Shown: positions 1 to 9,859 of the stretch, piece by piece | Layout: each line of letters opens with the position of its first letter | Numbering within the stretch: the first letter of the stretch is position 1 | Assembly: GCA_963777885.1 (NCBI GenBank) | Contig: CAVZSJ010000005.1 | Location: 118,713-182,712 of the forward strand | Length of the DNA: 64,000 bases | Source: an uncultured Actinomycetota bacterium | GTDB lineage: Bacteria > Actinomycetota > Actinomycetes > Mycobacteriales > Mycobacteriaceae | Direction of reading: 5' to 3' | The notes under the pieces: model-generated | Told to the model about the DNA's origin: nothing | Seen by the model: only the letters and a program-made list of their open reading frames with translations | Database searches by the model: none | Program-made: the position numbers and the translations under genes

Positions 1-930
1 ACCGCCGATGGGCAGATCCGCCACCTCACCCCGGACGGCGAGGAGGCCGAGCTTTTCTGGGCCACCGTCGGCGGTAACGGGCTCACCGGAATCGTTTTGC
101 GCGCGACGGTCGAGATGACGCCAACAGAGACGGCATATTTCATTGCCGACGGCGACATCACCCACACCCTGGACGAGACCATCGCGTTCCATAGTGACGG
201 CAGCGAGGCCAACTACACTTACTCGTCGGCGTGGTTCGATGCGATCAGTGCGCCGCCCAAGCTGGGCCGCGCCGTAATTTCGCGAGGGTCGTTGGCGAGG
301 ATTGAGCAGCTGCCGAAGAAGTTGCAGAAGAATCCGCTGAAATTCGATGCGCCGCAGTTCTTTACGATGCCCGATATCTTTCCCAACGGCTTGGGCAACA
401 AGCCGATCTTCGGCACGCTGACCGAACTCTGGTACCGCAAGTCGGGGACCTATCGCGGCAAGGCGCAAAACCTGACGCAGTTCTACCACCCACTGGATAT
501 GGTCGGCGAGTGGAACCGGGCCTACGGCCCAGCCGGTTTCAGCCAGTACCAGTTCGTGGTGCCGGTCGACGCCGTCGAGGAGTTCAAGGGCATCATGTAC
601 GACATCCAGAAGTCGGGCCACTACTCGTGGCTCAACGTGTTCAAGCTGTTCGGACCCGGAAACCAAGCGCCGCTAAGCTTCCCGATTCCGGGCTGGAACG
701 TCTGCGTCGATTTTCAGATCAAGCCAGGCCTCAACGAGTTCCTCAACGAACTCGACCGCAGGGTGCTGGAGTTCGGCGGCCGGCTCTACACCGGCAAAGA
801 CAACCGCGCCACCGCAGACACTTTCCACGCCATGTACCCACGCATCGACGAATGGATCGCGTTGCGCCGCAAGGTCGATCCCACCGGGGTCTTCGCCTCG
901 GACATGGCCCGACGTTTGGAGCTGCTCTAA
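1..930 (+). CDS. dprE1: Decaprenylphosphoryl-beta-D-ribose oxidase (5'-truncated by window)
   Basis: C-terminal part with [40 protein letters not shown]; directly followed by dprE2 and aftA. Confidence 0.96.
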   Translation, partial: TADGQIRHLTPDGEEAELFWATVGGNGLTGIVLRATVEMTPTETAYFIADGDITHTLDETIAFHSDGSEANYTYSSAWFDAISAPPKLGRAVISRGSLARIEQLPKKLQKNPLKFDAPQFFTMPDIFPNGLGNKPIFGTLTELWYRKSGTYRGKAQNLTQFYHPLDMVGEWNRAYGPAGFSQYQFVVPVDAVEEFKGIMYDIQKSGHYSWLNVFKLFGPGNQAPLSFPIPGWNVCVDFQIKPGLNEFLNELDRRVLEFGGRLYTGKDNRATADTFHAMYPRIDEWIALRRKVDPTGVFASDMARRLELL

Positions 931-1695
931 ATGGTGCTCGACGCCGTGGGTAATCCCCAGACCATCCTGCTGCTCGGCGGTACCTCGGAGATCGGGCTGG
1001 CCATCTGCGAGCGTTATCTGCAGAACGCGAACGCGCGAATCTTGTTGGCCGCCATGCCCGACGACCCGGGCCGCGACGACGCGGTCGCGCAGATGAAGAC
1101 CGCCGGCGCGCGGTCGGTGGAGCTGATCGACTTCGAAGCCACCGATCCAGACAGCCACCCGAAGATGATCGAGGCGGCCTTCGCGACCGGCGACGTGGAC
1201 GTCGCGATCGTCGCCTTCGGTATACTCGGGGACGCTGAGGAGCTGTGGCAGAACCAGCGCAAAGCCGTGTTGGCCGCCGAAATCAACTACACCGCAGCGG
1301 TTTCTGTGGGAGTGCTGCTCGGTGAGAAGATGCGCGCTCAAGGCTTTGGTCAGATCATCGCGATGAGCACGGTCGCTGGTGAGCGGGTGCGACGGTCCAA
1401 CTTCGTCTACGGCTCCACCAAGGCCGGTCTGGACGGCTTCTACCTGGGGCTGTCAGAAGCTTTGCGCGAGTACGGGGTCCGTGTCTTGGTAATCCGGCCC
1501 GGCCAGGTGCGTACCCGGATGAGCGCGCATGTCAAGGAAGCTCCGTTGACCGTCGACAAGGAGTACGTCGCCAACCTCGCGGTGACCGCGTCCGCAAAAG
1601 GTAAGGAATTGGTTTGGGCGCCAGCAGCATTCCGCTACGTGATGGTGGTGTTGAGACACATCCCGCGGAGCATCTTCCGCAAGCTGCCGATCTGA
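931..1695 (+). CDS. dprE2: Decaprenylphosphoryl-2-keto-ribose reductase (SDR)
   Basis: [22 protein letters not shown] start, YGSTK YxxxK motif, abuts dprE1 stop. Confidence 0.96.
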   Translation: MVLDAVGNPQTILLLGGTSEIGLAICERYLQNANARILLAAMPDDPGRDDAVAQMKTAGARSVELIDFEATDPDSHPKMIEAAFATGDVDVAIVAFGILGDAEELWQNQRKAVLAAEINYTAAVSVGVLLGEKMRAQGFGQIIAMSTVAGERVRRSNFVYGSTKAGLDGFYLGLSEALREYGVRVLVIRPGQVRTRMSAHVKEAPLTVDKEYVANLAVTASAKGKELVWAPAAFRYVMVVLRHIPRSIFRKLPI

Positions 1696-1697
1696 CC

Positions 1698-3602
1698 ATG
1701 CGCAACGCACTGGCCAGCCTGGGCCAGATGGTCTTGGCCGCTGCGGTCGCGGCGATCGTTGCGGTGATATCGCTGATCGCCATCGCCGGCGTACAGTGGC
1801 CGGCCTTTCCGTCGTCCAACCAGCTGCACGCGCTGACCACCGTCGGTCAGGTCGTTTGTCTGGCCGGGCTGGTGGCCACCGGCTGGGTGTGGCGGCGGGC
1901 CCAGTCGAAAAGGCGCCGGCTGCTGGCTCAGTTAAGCGGGCTGGTGTTCGTTTCGGCGTTCACCATCGTGACGCTGGGCATGCCGCTGGGGGCCAGCAAG
2001 CTGTACCTGTTCGGCATCTCCGTGGACCAGCAGTTCCGCACCGAGTACCTGACGCGGCTCACCGACAGCCCCGCCCTGCACGACATGACCTACCTCGGTC
2101 TGCCGTCGTTCTACCCGCCCGGCTGGTTCTGGATCGGCGGACGTGTCGCGGCGCTCACCGGGATGCCGGCCTGGGAGCTCTACAAGCCATGGGCCATCAC
2201 CTCGATCACCGTCGCGGTCGCGGTCGCGCTGGTGCTGTGGTGGCGGATGATCCGCTTCGACTACGCGCTGATCGTCACCACCGCGACCGCGGCCGTGACG
2301 CTCGCCTACGGCTCTCCCGAGCCCTACTCCGCGATGATCACCGTGCTGCTGCCGCCGGTGCTGGTGCTGACGTGGTCGGGTCTGCGCGCCGGCGAACGCA
2401 CCGGAGGCTGGGCCGCCGTGGTTGCCGCAGGGGTGTTCCTCGGCCTCACGGCCACCTGGTACACGCTGCTGCTGGGCTACAGCGCATTCGCGATGGGGCT
2501 CATGGCGCTGGCGCTGGTCGCGTCCCGTTGGCGACAGGGTGGCGTCAAAGCCGCGCTCGACCCGCTGCGCCGGCTGGCCGTCATCGCCGTCATCTCCGTG
2601 CCCATCGCGGCCACCACCTGGCTGCCCTACCTGTTACGGGCCGCCCGCGACCCGGTCAGCGACACCGGCAGCGCCTATCACTACCTGCCGGCCGACGGCG
2701 CCGAACTGACCTTCCCGATGCTGCAGTTCTCGCTGCTGGGAGCGGTCTGCATGCTGGGCACGCTGTGGCTGGTGGTGCGGGCCCGCTCGTCGGTGCGGGC
2801 GGGCGCTCTGGCCATCGGGGTGCTGGCCGTCTACCTGTGGTCACTGTTGTCGATGCTGGCCACGCTGGCGCGTATGACGCTGCTGTCGTTCCGGCTGCAG
2901 CCAACGCTGACGGTGCTGCTGGTCGCCGCCGGAGCGTTCGGCTTCCTGGAGGGCACCCGCGCATTGGCGGCGCGGCACCGCACGGTGGTCCCAGTGGCCG
3001 GCGCCATCGGGTTGGCCGCGGCGATCGCGTTCAGCCAGGACATCCCCGACGTGCTGCGGCCGGACCTCACTATCGCCTACACCGACACCGACGGGCACGG
3101 CCAGCGTGGCGACCGCCGCCCACCGAGCTCGGAGAAGTACTACGACGCCGTCGACGCCGCTATCCAGCACGCCACCGGAAGGCCACGCGACCAGACGGTG
3201 GTGCTGACCGCCGACTACAGCTTTCTGTCGTACTACCCGTACTGGGGTTTTCAGGGGTTGACCTCGCACTACGCCAACCCGCTGGCGCAGTTCGACCTGC
3301 GCGCGGCCCAGATTGAGAAGTGGTCCACGCTCAAGACGGCCGACGAGTTTGTCCACGCGCTGGACACGCTGCCCTGGCCGGCGCCGACGGTATTCCTGAT
3401 GCGCCGCGGCGCCGGCAACACCTACACGTTGCGGCTGGCCCAGGACGTCTATCCCAACCAGCCCAACGTGCGTCGTTACACGGTGGACCTGCGGGCTGCC
3501 CTGTTCGCCGACCCACGCTTCAGCGTCCAAAGCATCGGACCGTTCGTGCTGGCCATCCGCAAGCCGGCGGCCCGGAGTGACTCCGAGATGACACAGCGCT
3601 GA
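1698..3602 (+). CDS. aftA: Arabinofuranosyltransferase AftA
   Basis: Polytopic GT-C protein with [22 protein letters not shown] at 1698, 2 nt after dprE2 stop; synteny. Confidence 0.95.
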   Translation: MRNALASLGQMVLAAAVAAIVAVISLIAIAGVQWPAFPSSNQLHALTTVGQVVCLAGLVATGWVWRRAQSKRRRLLAQLSGLVFVSAFTIVTLGMPLGASKLYLFGISVDQQFRTEYLTRLTDSPALHDMTYLGLPSFYPPGWFWIGGRVAALTGMPAWELYKPWAITSITVAVAVALVLWWRMIRFDYALIVTTATAAVTLAYGSPEPYSAMITVLLPPVLVLTWSGLRAGERTGGWAAVVAAGVFLGLTATWYTLLLGYSAFAMGLMALALVASRWRQGGVKAALDPLRRLAVIAVISVPIAATTWLPYLLRAARDPVSDTGSAYHYLPADGAELTFPMLQFSLLGAVCMLGTLWLVVRARSSVRAGALAIGVLAVYLWSLLSMLATLARMTLLSFRLQPTLTVLLVAAGAFGFLEGTRALAARHRTVVPVAGAIGLAAAIAFSQDIPDVLRPDLTIAYTDTDGHGQRGDRRPPSSEKYYDAVDAAIQHATGRPRDQTVVLTADYSFLSYYPYWGFQGLTSHYANPLAQFDLRAAQIEKWSTLKTADEFVHALDTLPWPAPTVFLMRRGAGNTYTLRLAQDVYPNQPNVRRYTVDLRAALFADPRFSVQSIGPFVLAIRKPAARSDSEMTQR

Positions 3603-6600
3603 TGGCCACTGTTGAAGAACTAGCATCTACCTCCGTGAGCGGCGCGGGAGCAAATTACCGGTTCGCCCGCCTCGTCGCTGTCGTCGCCGGACTGCTCGGT
3701 GCCCTGCTGGCCATCGCCACCCCGGTGCTGCCGGTCAACCAGACCACCGCCCAGCTGAACTGGCCGCAGAACGGCACCTTCGGCAGCGTCGAGGCGCCGC
3801 TGATCGGCTACGTGGCCACCGAGCTGAACGTCAGCGTGCCGTGCCAGACTGCCGCCGGACTCAACGCAGGCAAGACGGTGTTGCTGTCGACGGTGCCCAA
3901 GCAGGCGCCCAAAGCCGTCGACCGCGGGCTGCTCATCCAGCGCGCCAACGACGAACTGGTGTTCGTTGTACGCAATGTGCCGGTGGTCTCCGCTCCGCTG
4001 AGCCAGGTGTTGAGCCCGGCCTGCCAGCGCTTGACCTTCACCGCGCACGCCGACCGCGTCGTCGCCGAATTCGTCGGCTTGACGCAAGGGCCCAACGCCG
4101 AGCACCCCGGCTCGCCGTTGCGCGGCGAGAAGAGCGGCTACGACTTCCGGCCGCAGATCGTCGGTGTGTTCACCGATTTGGCCGGCCCGGCCCCGCCGGG
4201 CCTGAGGGTCTCGGCGACCGTGGACACCCGCTACAGCAGCAGCCCCACGCCGCTGAAGATGATCGCGATGATCCTCGGGGTGGTGCTGACGGGGGCCGCG
4301 CTCGTCGCGCTGCACATCCTCGACACCGCCGACGGCACCCGGCACCGGCGCTTCCTGCCGCCGCGGTGGTGGTCGATCGGCAGCCTGGACGCCCTGGTCA
4401 TCGCCGTGCTGGTGTGGTGGCATTTCGTCGGCGCCAACACCTCCGACGACGGCTACATCCTGACTATGGCCCGGGTGTCGGAGCACGCCGGCTACATGGC
4501 CAACTACTACCGCTGGTTCGGAACACCTGAGGCGCCGTTCGGCTGGTACTACGACCTGCTGGCGGTGTGGGCGCACGTGAGCACCGCAAGCATCTGGATG
4601 CGGCTGCCGACCCTGGTGATGGCGCTGACGTGCTGGTGGGTCATCAGCCGCGAAGTCATCCCCCGACTGGGTCGCTCGACGAAGACGAGCCGGGCCGCGG
4701 CCTGGACCGCGGCGGGCATGTTCCTGGCGACCTGGCTGCCGCTCGACAACGGTCTGCGGCCCGAGCCGATCATCGCGCTGGGCATTCTGCTGACCTGGTG
4801 TTCGGTGGAACGGGCGGTCGCCACCAGCCGCCTGCTACCGGTGGCGATCGCCTGCATCATCGGGGCACTCACGCTGTTCTCCGGACCGACGGGAATCGCC
4901 TCCATCGGGGCGTTGCTGGTCGCGATCGGGCCGCTGCGGACCATCCTGCACCGCCGATCCAAACAGTTCGGTGCGCTGCCATTGCTGGCGCCCGTGTTGG
5001 CTGCGGTCACCGTCACGGTGATCCTGATCTTCCGCGACCAGACCCTGGCCGGCGAGGTCCAGGCCACCGCTCTCAAGCGCGCCGTCGGACCCAGCCTGAG
5101 TTGGTTCGATGAGCACCTCCGCTACGAGCGCTTGTTCATGGCCAGCCCCGACGGATCGGTCGCCCGACGCTTCGCGGTGCTGGCGGTGCTGCTCGCGCTG
5201 GGCATCACCGTCGCAATGTCGTTGCGCAAGGGCCGTATTCCGGGCACGGCGGCCGGACCGAGCCGGCGCATCGTCGGCATCACCATCATTTCGTTTCTGG
5301 CGATGATGTTCACCCCCACCAAGTGGACCCACCACTTCGGGGTGTTCGCCGGGCTGGCCGGATCGCTGGGGGCGCTGGCCGCGGTCGCGGTGACGAGTGT
5401 GGCCATGCGCTCTCGACGCAATCGCGTGGTGTTCGCCGCCGCGGTGCTGTTCTTGGTGGCGTTGTCGTTCGCCAGCGTAAACGGCTGGTGGTATGTATCC
5501 AATTTCGGTGTGCCATGGTCGAATTCATTCCCGGCATGGCATTACGCGTTCGCCACCGCGCTGCTCGGCCTGACCGTGCTGGTGCTGCTACTGGCGGCGT
5601 GGTACCACTTCATCGCCACCGACGAGTCCGCAAACGGGCAACCCAGGACCGGGCCGCGAGTAGCAGCGATCATCCAGTCCCCGTTGGCAATTGCGGCATG
5701 GGCACTGGTGGTTTTCGAAGTGGCTTCGCTGACGCTGGCGATGACCGCCCAGTACCCGGCTTGGTCGGTGGGCCGGTCCAACCTTGAGGCGTTGCGCGGA
5801 AAGTCATGCGGACTGGCCGAGGACGTGCTGGTGGAGCAGGATCCCACTGCAGGCCTGCTCACCCCGGTAAGCGTGTCGGTCGGCGACGCCCTGGGCGCCG
5901 GCCTGTCAGAAGCGTTCACGCCCAACGGCATTCCCGCCGACGTGCGCGCCGACCCGGTGATGGAACGCCCGGGTGACCGCAGTTTCATCAACGACGACAA
6001 GCTGACCACCGGCGGCGAGGCCGGCACCGAGGGCGGAACCACCCCCGCGCCGGGGATCAACGGGTCGGCTGCCCAGTTGCCGTTCAACCTGGACCCGGCC
6101 CTCACGCCGGTGCTGGGCAGCTGGCGCTCCGGTATTCAGGTGCCCGCCCGGCTGCGATCGGGTTGGTACCGGCTACCGCCGCGCGACAAGGCCGGGCCAC
6201 TGTTGGTGGTGAGTGCGGCCGGTCGCTTCGATTCTCGCGAGGTCCAGGTGCAGTGGGCCACCGACGACGAGGCTTCCGGCGGACACCCCGGCGGGTCGTT
6301 CGAATTCGCTGACGTCGGTGCGTCTCCGGCCTGGCGTAACTTGCGATTGCCGCTGTCCGCAATACCCAACAGCGCCAGCCAAATTCGGCTGGTGGTCAAC
6401 GATGAAGACTTAGCGCCGCAGCACTGGATCGCGGTGACACCGCCGCGAATTCCGCAGCTGCGCACCTTGCAGGATGTGGTGGGATCCCGCGACCCGGTGT
6501 TCCTGGACTGGCTCGTCGGCCTGGCGTTCCCCTGCCAGCGTCCGTTCGGTCACCAGAACGGTGTCGACGAAACTCCGAGATGGCGAATCCTGCCGGATCG

Positions 6601-6838
6601 GTTCGGCGCCGAGGCAAACTCTCCCGTGATGGACAACAACGGCGGCGGCCCGCTGGGCGTCACCGAGTTGCTGCTGAAGGCGACCACGGTGGCCAGCTAC
6701 CTGAAAGACGACTGGTCTCGGGACTGGGGCAGCTTGCAGCGATTGACGCCCTACTACCCCAGCGCGCAACCGGCCCATCTGGAACTGGGGACTGTGACGC
6801 GCGGCGGCCTGTGGGATCCTGCGCCGCTCAGGCGTTAG
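3602..6838 (+). CDS. embC: Arabinosyltransferase EmbC
   Basis: 1078 aa; [31 protein letters not shown]; follows aftA. Confidence 0.96.
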   Translation: MATVEELASTSVSGAGANYRFARLVAVVAGLLGALLAIATPVLPVNQTTAQLNWPQNGTFGSVEAPLIGYVATELNVSVPCQTAAGLNAGKTVLLSTVPKQAPKAVDRGLLIQRANDELVFVVRNVPVVSAPLSQVLSPACQRLTFTAHADRVVAEFVGLTQGPNAEHPGSPLRGEKSGYDFRPQIVGVFTDLAGPAPPGLRVSATVDTRYSSSPTPLKMIAMILGVVLTGAALVALHILDTADGTRHRRFLPPRWWSIGSLDALVIAVLVWWHFVGANTSDDGYILTMARVSEHAGYMANYYRWFGTPEAPFGWYYDLLAVWAHVSTASIWMRLPTLVMALTCWWVISREVIPRLGRSTKTSRAAAWTAAGMFLATWLPLDNGLRPEPIIALGILLTWCSVERAVATSRLLPVAIACIIGALTLFSGPTGIASIGALLVAIGPLRTILHRRSKQFGALPLLAPVLAAVTVTVILIFRDQTLAGEVQATALKRAVGPSLSWFDEHLRYERLFMASPDGSVARRFAVLAVLLALGITVAMSLRKGRIPGTAAGPSRRIVGITIISFLAMMFTPTKWTHHFGVFAGLAGSLGALAAVAVTSVAMRSRRNRVVFAAAVLFLVALSFASVNGWWYVSNFGVPWSNSFPAWHYAFATALLGLTVLVLLLAAWYHFIATDESANGQPRTGPRVAAIIQSPLAIAAWALVVFEVASLTLAMTAQYPAWSVGRSNLEALRGKSCGLAEDVLVEQDPTAGLLTPVSVSVGDALGAGLSEAFTPNGIPADVRADPVMERPGDRSFINDDKLTTGGEAGTEGGTTPAPGINGSAAQLPFNLDPALTPVLGSWRSGIQVPARLRSGWYRLPPRDKAGPLLVVSAAGRFDSREVQVQWATDDEASGGHPGGSFEFADVGASPAWRNLRLPLSAIPNSASQIRLVVNDEDLAPQHWIAVTPPRIPQLRTLQDVVGSRDPVFLDWLVGLAFPCQRPFGHQNGVDETPRWRILPDRFGAEANSPVMDNNGGGPLGVTELLLKATTVASYLKDDWSRDWGSLQRLTPYYPSAQPAHLELGTVTRGGLWDPAPLRR

Positions 6839-6866
6839 GGGGCCATTAGAGGGCATTAAGCGGGAG

Positions 6867-6930
6867 ACACACTTCTGCCCCGCTCCGGATGGACGTCGGT
6901 AATGAATCCGGAAACGGGGCAGAAGTGTGT
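6867..6930. terminator. Long stem-loop between convergent embC and small ORF; likely bidirectional terminator
   Basis: Perfect 16-bp arms ACACACTTCTGCCCCG (6867-6882)/CGGGGCAGAAGTGTGT (6915-6930) plus inner TCCGGAT/ATCCGGA stem. Confidence 0.7.
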
Positions 6931-6935
6931 TCGGC

Positions 6936-7154
6936 CTACGGGACCAGGGCGCGCAGCGGGTGCGTGAGGGCCCAGCCCGGGTGGATGATGTCGCCAGCGT
7001 AGTGGCGCACGGGGTGCAGGGGGCCGCTGCGCGGGTCATACGGGTCTGCCGATGCGGTGGCCGGCATCAGCGATGCCACGAGTGACAGCCCGACGGACCC
7101 CAGCATCACACCCGCCATCATGCGGGCTTTGGAGACCTTCTTGTTCGAGTTCAT
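6936..7154 (-). CDS. Small secreted hypothetical protein (72 aa)
   Basis: AGAAGGA RBS before ATG; basic N-terminus, hydrophobic stretch, ASA-DP signal-peptidase-like site. Confidence 0.7.
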   Translation of the reverse strand: MNSNKKVSKARMMAGVMLGSVGLSLVASLMPATASADPYDPRSGPLHPVRHYAGDIIHPGWALTHPLRALVP

Positions 7155-7433
7155 GGTTATTCCTTCTCTGCCGGATCTCTCCCAAGTGGTTCACTCGGCC
7201 ACTTCGACGGAGGGAGTGAATCCTTGGGGTCGGTCGCGGTTGGCCGACAAGACAAGGTTGCCCCACACCGCTTGTGCGATGCTGGCGAGATTCTTGCGTA
7301 ATTCTTGCGTTCGCTGTCAAGCAGATATCTCCGCTAAGACGCACCTCACGCCGGTAGCCACGGCTCTGTGATCGGTTGCTGTCCGCTGATGCCAACTGCG
7401 CTCAGGCCTAAACGCGGCCTACGCTTGGGGTTC

Positions 7434-8072
7434 ATGGCCGCACCCACCCTGATGGACATGGCCTGCGCCGAACGGGCCGACCTCGCGGAATTCCTGGCCA
7501 CGCTGACGCCGCAGCAGTGGGCCACGCCCAGCCTGTGCACCAAGTGGACCGTCAAAGACGTCGTCGCGCACCTGATCAGCTACGAGGAACTCGGCACCCT
7601 GGGGTTGCTCAAGCGATTCCTGAAGGGTGGGATAGTGCGGGCCAACCAGGTTGGCGTCGATGAGTTCGCCCCAATGAGCACGCAGCAGCTGCTCGAATTC
7701 CTGCGTAATCATCTGACGCCCCAGGGGCTGACTGCGGGTTTTGGCGGCATGATCGCGCTCGTCGACGGCACGATCCATCACCAAGACATCCGGCGCACGC
7801 TCGGCCAACCGCGCGCCATCCCCGCCGATCGACTCACCCGGATTCTGCCTCTGGTGCCGAGCAACCCGCGCCTCGGCGCCGGACGCCGGATCAGGGGACT
7901 GCGACTGCGCGCCACCGACGTCGACTGGGCCCACGGCCGCGGGCCCGAAGTAACCGGCCCGGGCGAACCGCTGCTGATGGCGATGACCGGCCGCCCCGCC
8001 GCGCTCGCAGATCTCGCCGGCCCGGGGCTACCCGCTTTGGCTGCGCGGCTGGGTAATCGCGCGGCCGCGTGA
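7434..8072 (+). CDS. Mycothiol-dependent maleylpyruvate isomerase (MDMPI)/DinB-like family protein
   Basis: ERADLAEFL, W..PSLC..WTVKDVVAHL, DGTIHHQDIRR, LRATDVDW motifs; start chosen at 7434 (ORF open from 7368). Confidence 0.85.
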   Translation: MAAPTLMDMACAERADLAEFLATLTPQQWATPSLCTKWTVKDVVAHLISYEELGTLGLLKRFLKGGIVRANQVGVDEFAPMSTQQLLEFLRNHLTPQGLTAGFGGMIALVDGTIHHQDIRRTLGQPRAIPADRLTRILPLVPSNPRLGAGRRIRGLRLRATDVDWAHGRGPEVTGPGEPLLMAMTGRPAALADLAGPGLPALAARLGNRAAA

Positions 8073-8081
8073 TGGATCCGC

Positions 8082-9218
8082 TCAGCCGGGGTGGACCTGG
8101 AAGATGTACTCGCGGCTACCGATGCGGATGATGTCGCCGTCAGCCAGCGGCGCGCTGCCCCGGATGCGCCGATGCTGCACCTCGACACCATTGGTCGACT
8201 TGGAATCGTAGATGACGAAACCGGCTCCGGTGTCGATGATTACCGCGTGGTACCGACTGACGTCGGTATCGTCGTCGAAGACGATGTCGTTTTCCGTATG
8301 GCGCCCGATCCGGGTCGAGGCGCCGCTCAGCGGGTACTGACGACCCATCCGGTCGCGCAACCACGCGACGGCGTGCCCTGGGCCTACCGCGATGTCCGAC
8401 GCGGTGTGATAGATGCTCTGCTTGCGCGTGGTCAGCGCGGATCGGGTAGCGACCACGGGCTCCTGCCGCAGGATGCGTTCGTGCAGGGCACTCACCGTCG
8501 GGCCCGGGTCGATGCCCAGCCCGTCGGCCAGGGTCATCTTCAGTCGCCGATAGGCACCCAGGGCGTCCGATTGACGCTCGGTGACGTAATACGCGGTGAT
8601 CAGCTGTGCCCACAGCGGCTCCCGATAGGGGTGCTCGGCGGTGAGGGCCTCGAGCTCGGCGATGACGGCACCCGCGCGCCCGCAGGCGATTTCGGCTTCG
8701 GCGCGTGCGGTGTGGGCAGCCACCCGCTCTTCCAACAGCATGACGGCATACGCGTCGACGAAGGGGAAGTCGCGCAGGTCGTCGAGCACAGGTCCGCGCC
8801 ATTCTCCCAGCGCGGCGTGCAGGTGGTTGCTGGCGTCCTCGTAGTTTCCTGCGGCCGCGGCTCGCAGGCCCGCGGCTTTCTCGGCCGTGAAGCGCCCCAC
8901 GTCGCAGTCAGTGTCGGCGATGCTGATCTGATACCCCGGCGGTGCGCTGGCCAGCACCATGTACGGATCGGCGCCGGCGCCGTGGAGCAGGCGGCGCAGG
9001 GTGGATATGTGGGACTGGATGCTGGTGCGCGCCGCCGGCACGGGATCGGCGCCCCATACCCCGTCGATCAACGAATCCACAGAGACCGGCCGGTTGCGGT
9101 TGATCACCAGCATCGCCAACACCGCCCGCTGCTTGGCGGCACCCAACGGCACCCGGACGCCGCGCGCAGTCACCAGCAACGGCCCCAGAACACCAAACCC
9201 GAGACCCGAGTCACTCAT
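8082..9218 (-). CDS. embR: EmbR-type SARP regulator (wHTH + BTAD + FHA)
   Basis: FGVLGPL..KQRAVLAML, WRGPVL, HPYREPLWAQLITAYY, DPGP, FHA RIGR..SRYHA; start 9218 or 9260. Confidence 0.9.
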   Translation of the reverse strand: MSDSGLGFGVLGPLLVTARGVRVPLGAAKQRAVLAMLVINRNRPVSVDSLIDGVWGADPVPAARTSIQSHISTLRRLLHGAGADPYMVLASAPPGYQISIADTDCDVGRFTAEKAAGLRAAAAGNYEDASNHLHAALGEWRGPVLDDLRDFPFVDAYAVMLLEERVAAHTARAEAEIACGRAGAVIAELEALTAEHPYREPLWAQLITAYYVTERQSDALGAYRRLKMTLADGLGIDPGPTVSALHERILRQEPVVATRSALTTRKQSIYHTASDIAVGPGHAVAWLRDRMGRQYPLSGASTRIGRHTENDIVFDDDTDVSRYHAVIIDTGAGFVIYDSKSTNGVEVQHRRIRGSAPLADGDIIRIGSREYIFQVHPG

Positions 9219-9384
9219 TGCGCCGCCAGCCTTTCGGGTCCTCCAGCCCTCAGCCCTCATTCTGACGGCAGTGTAACCACATCCGGAGGATCCGCTCGGC
9301 TACGGCGAGCCCGCGCGGGATTGCGGGAGATTTCCAAGCACCCGTGATCGCTAGAACACGGGTTGCCGGAGAATCGACTGCCGG

Positions 9385-9546
9385 CTACAGCGCGGGTAGC
9401 GCGCCCTGGTCCAGGAACTCGTGGAGCAGGCGCACCAGCTGGTCGACCGAGATTTCGTTAGTCAGCATGATGGGGCGTGTCCGGTCGCGAGGCTTGCCGG
9501 CTTCCGCCTTGAACGCGTCGATCCTGTGGGTTGTGGGTGCGGTCAT
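9385..9546 (-). CDS. Putative 53-aa small protein (MTAPTTHRIDAFKAEAGKPRDRTRPIMLTNEISVDQLVRLLHEFLDQGALPAL)
   Basis: Hand-translated, below ORF-track cutoff; GGAGAGG RBS upstream of ATG; GC-rich third positions. Confidence 0.5.
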   Translation of the reverse strand: MTAPTTHRIDAFKAEAGKPRDRTRPIMLTNEISVDQLVRLLHEFLDQGALPAL

Positions 9547-9859
9547 GGCAGATCCTCTCCCGGGTCCCTAATTTGCCAGCGTGTGACATTGTTTCCCTTA
9601 TCCCGTCATTGCTAAACAAAAAGTTTTGATGAAATTCATTTCACCCCAGCCTGGGGGGAACCCCACGGTCGGAGGGGCCTTCGCGCCTGCGCCCGCCATT
9701 GTTTCCGAGACCTTTCTAGGCACGTGTTGAGTATTTCGTTACCGCCGCTATCGAAATGCATTACGGGTTGGCTCTCGGCCATTCCGAATCCAGTCATCTG
9801 GTCGATGCCCGAGCGTCCATCCATGGGGTCGCCAGCTGCGTCGCTTACGATCGACCCTC

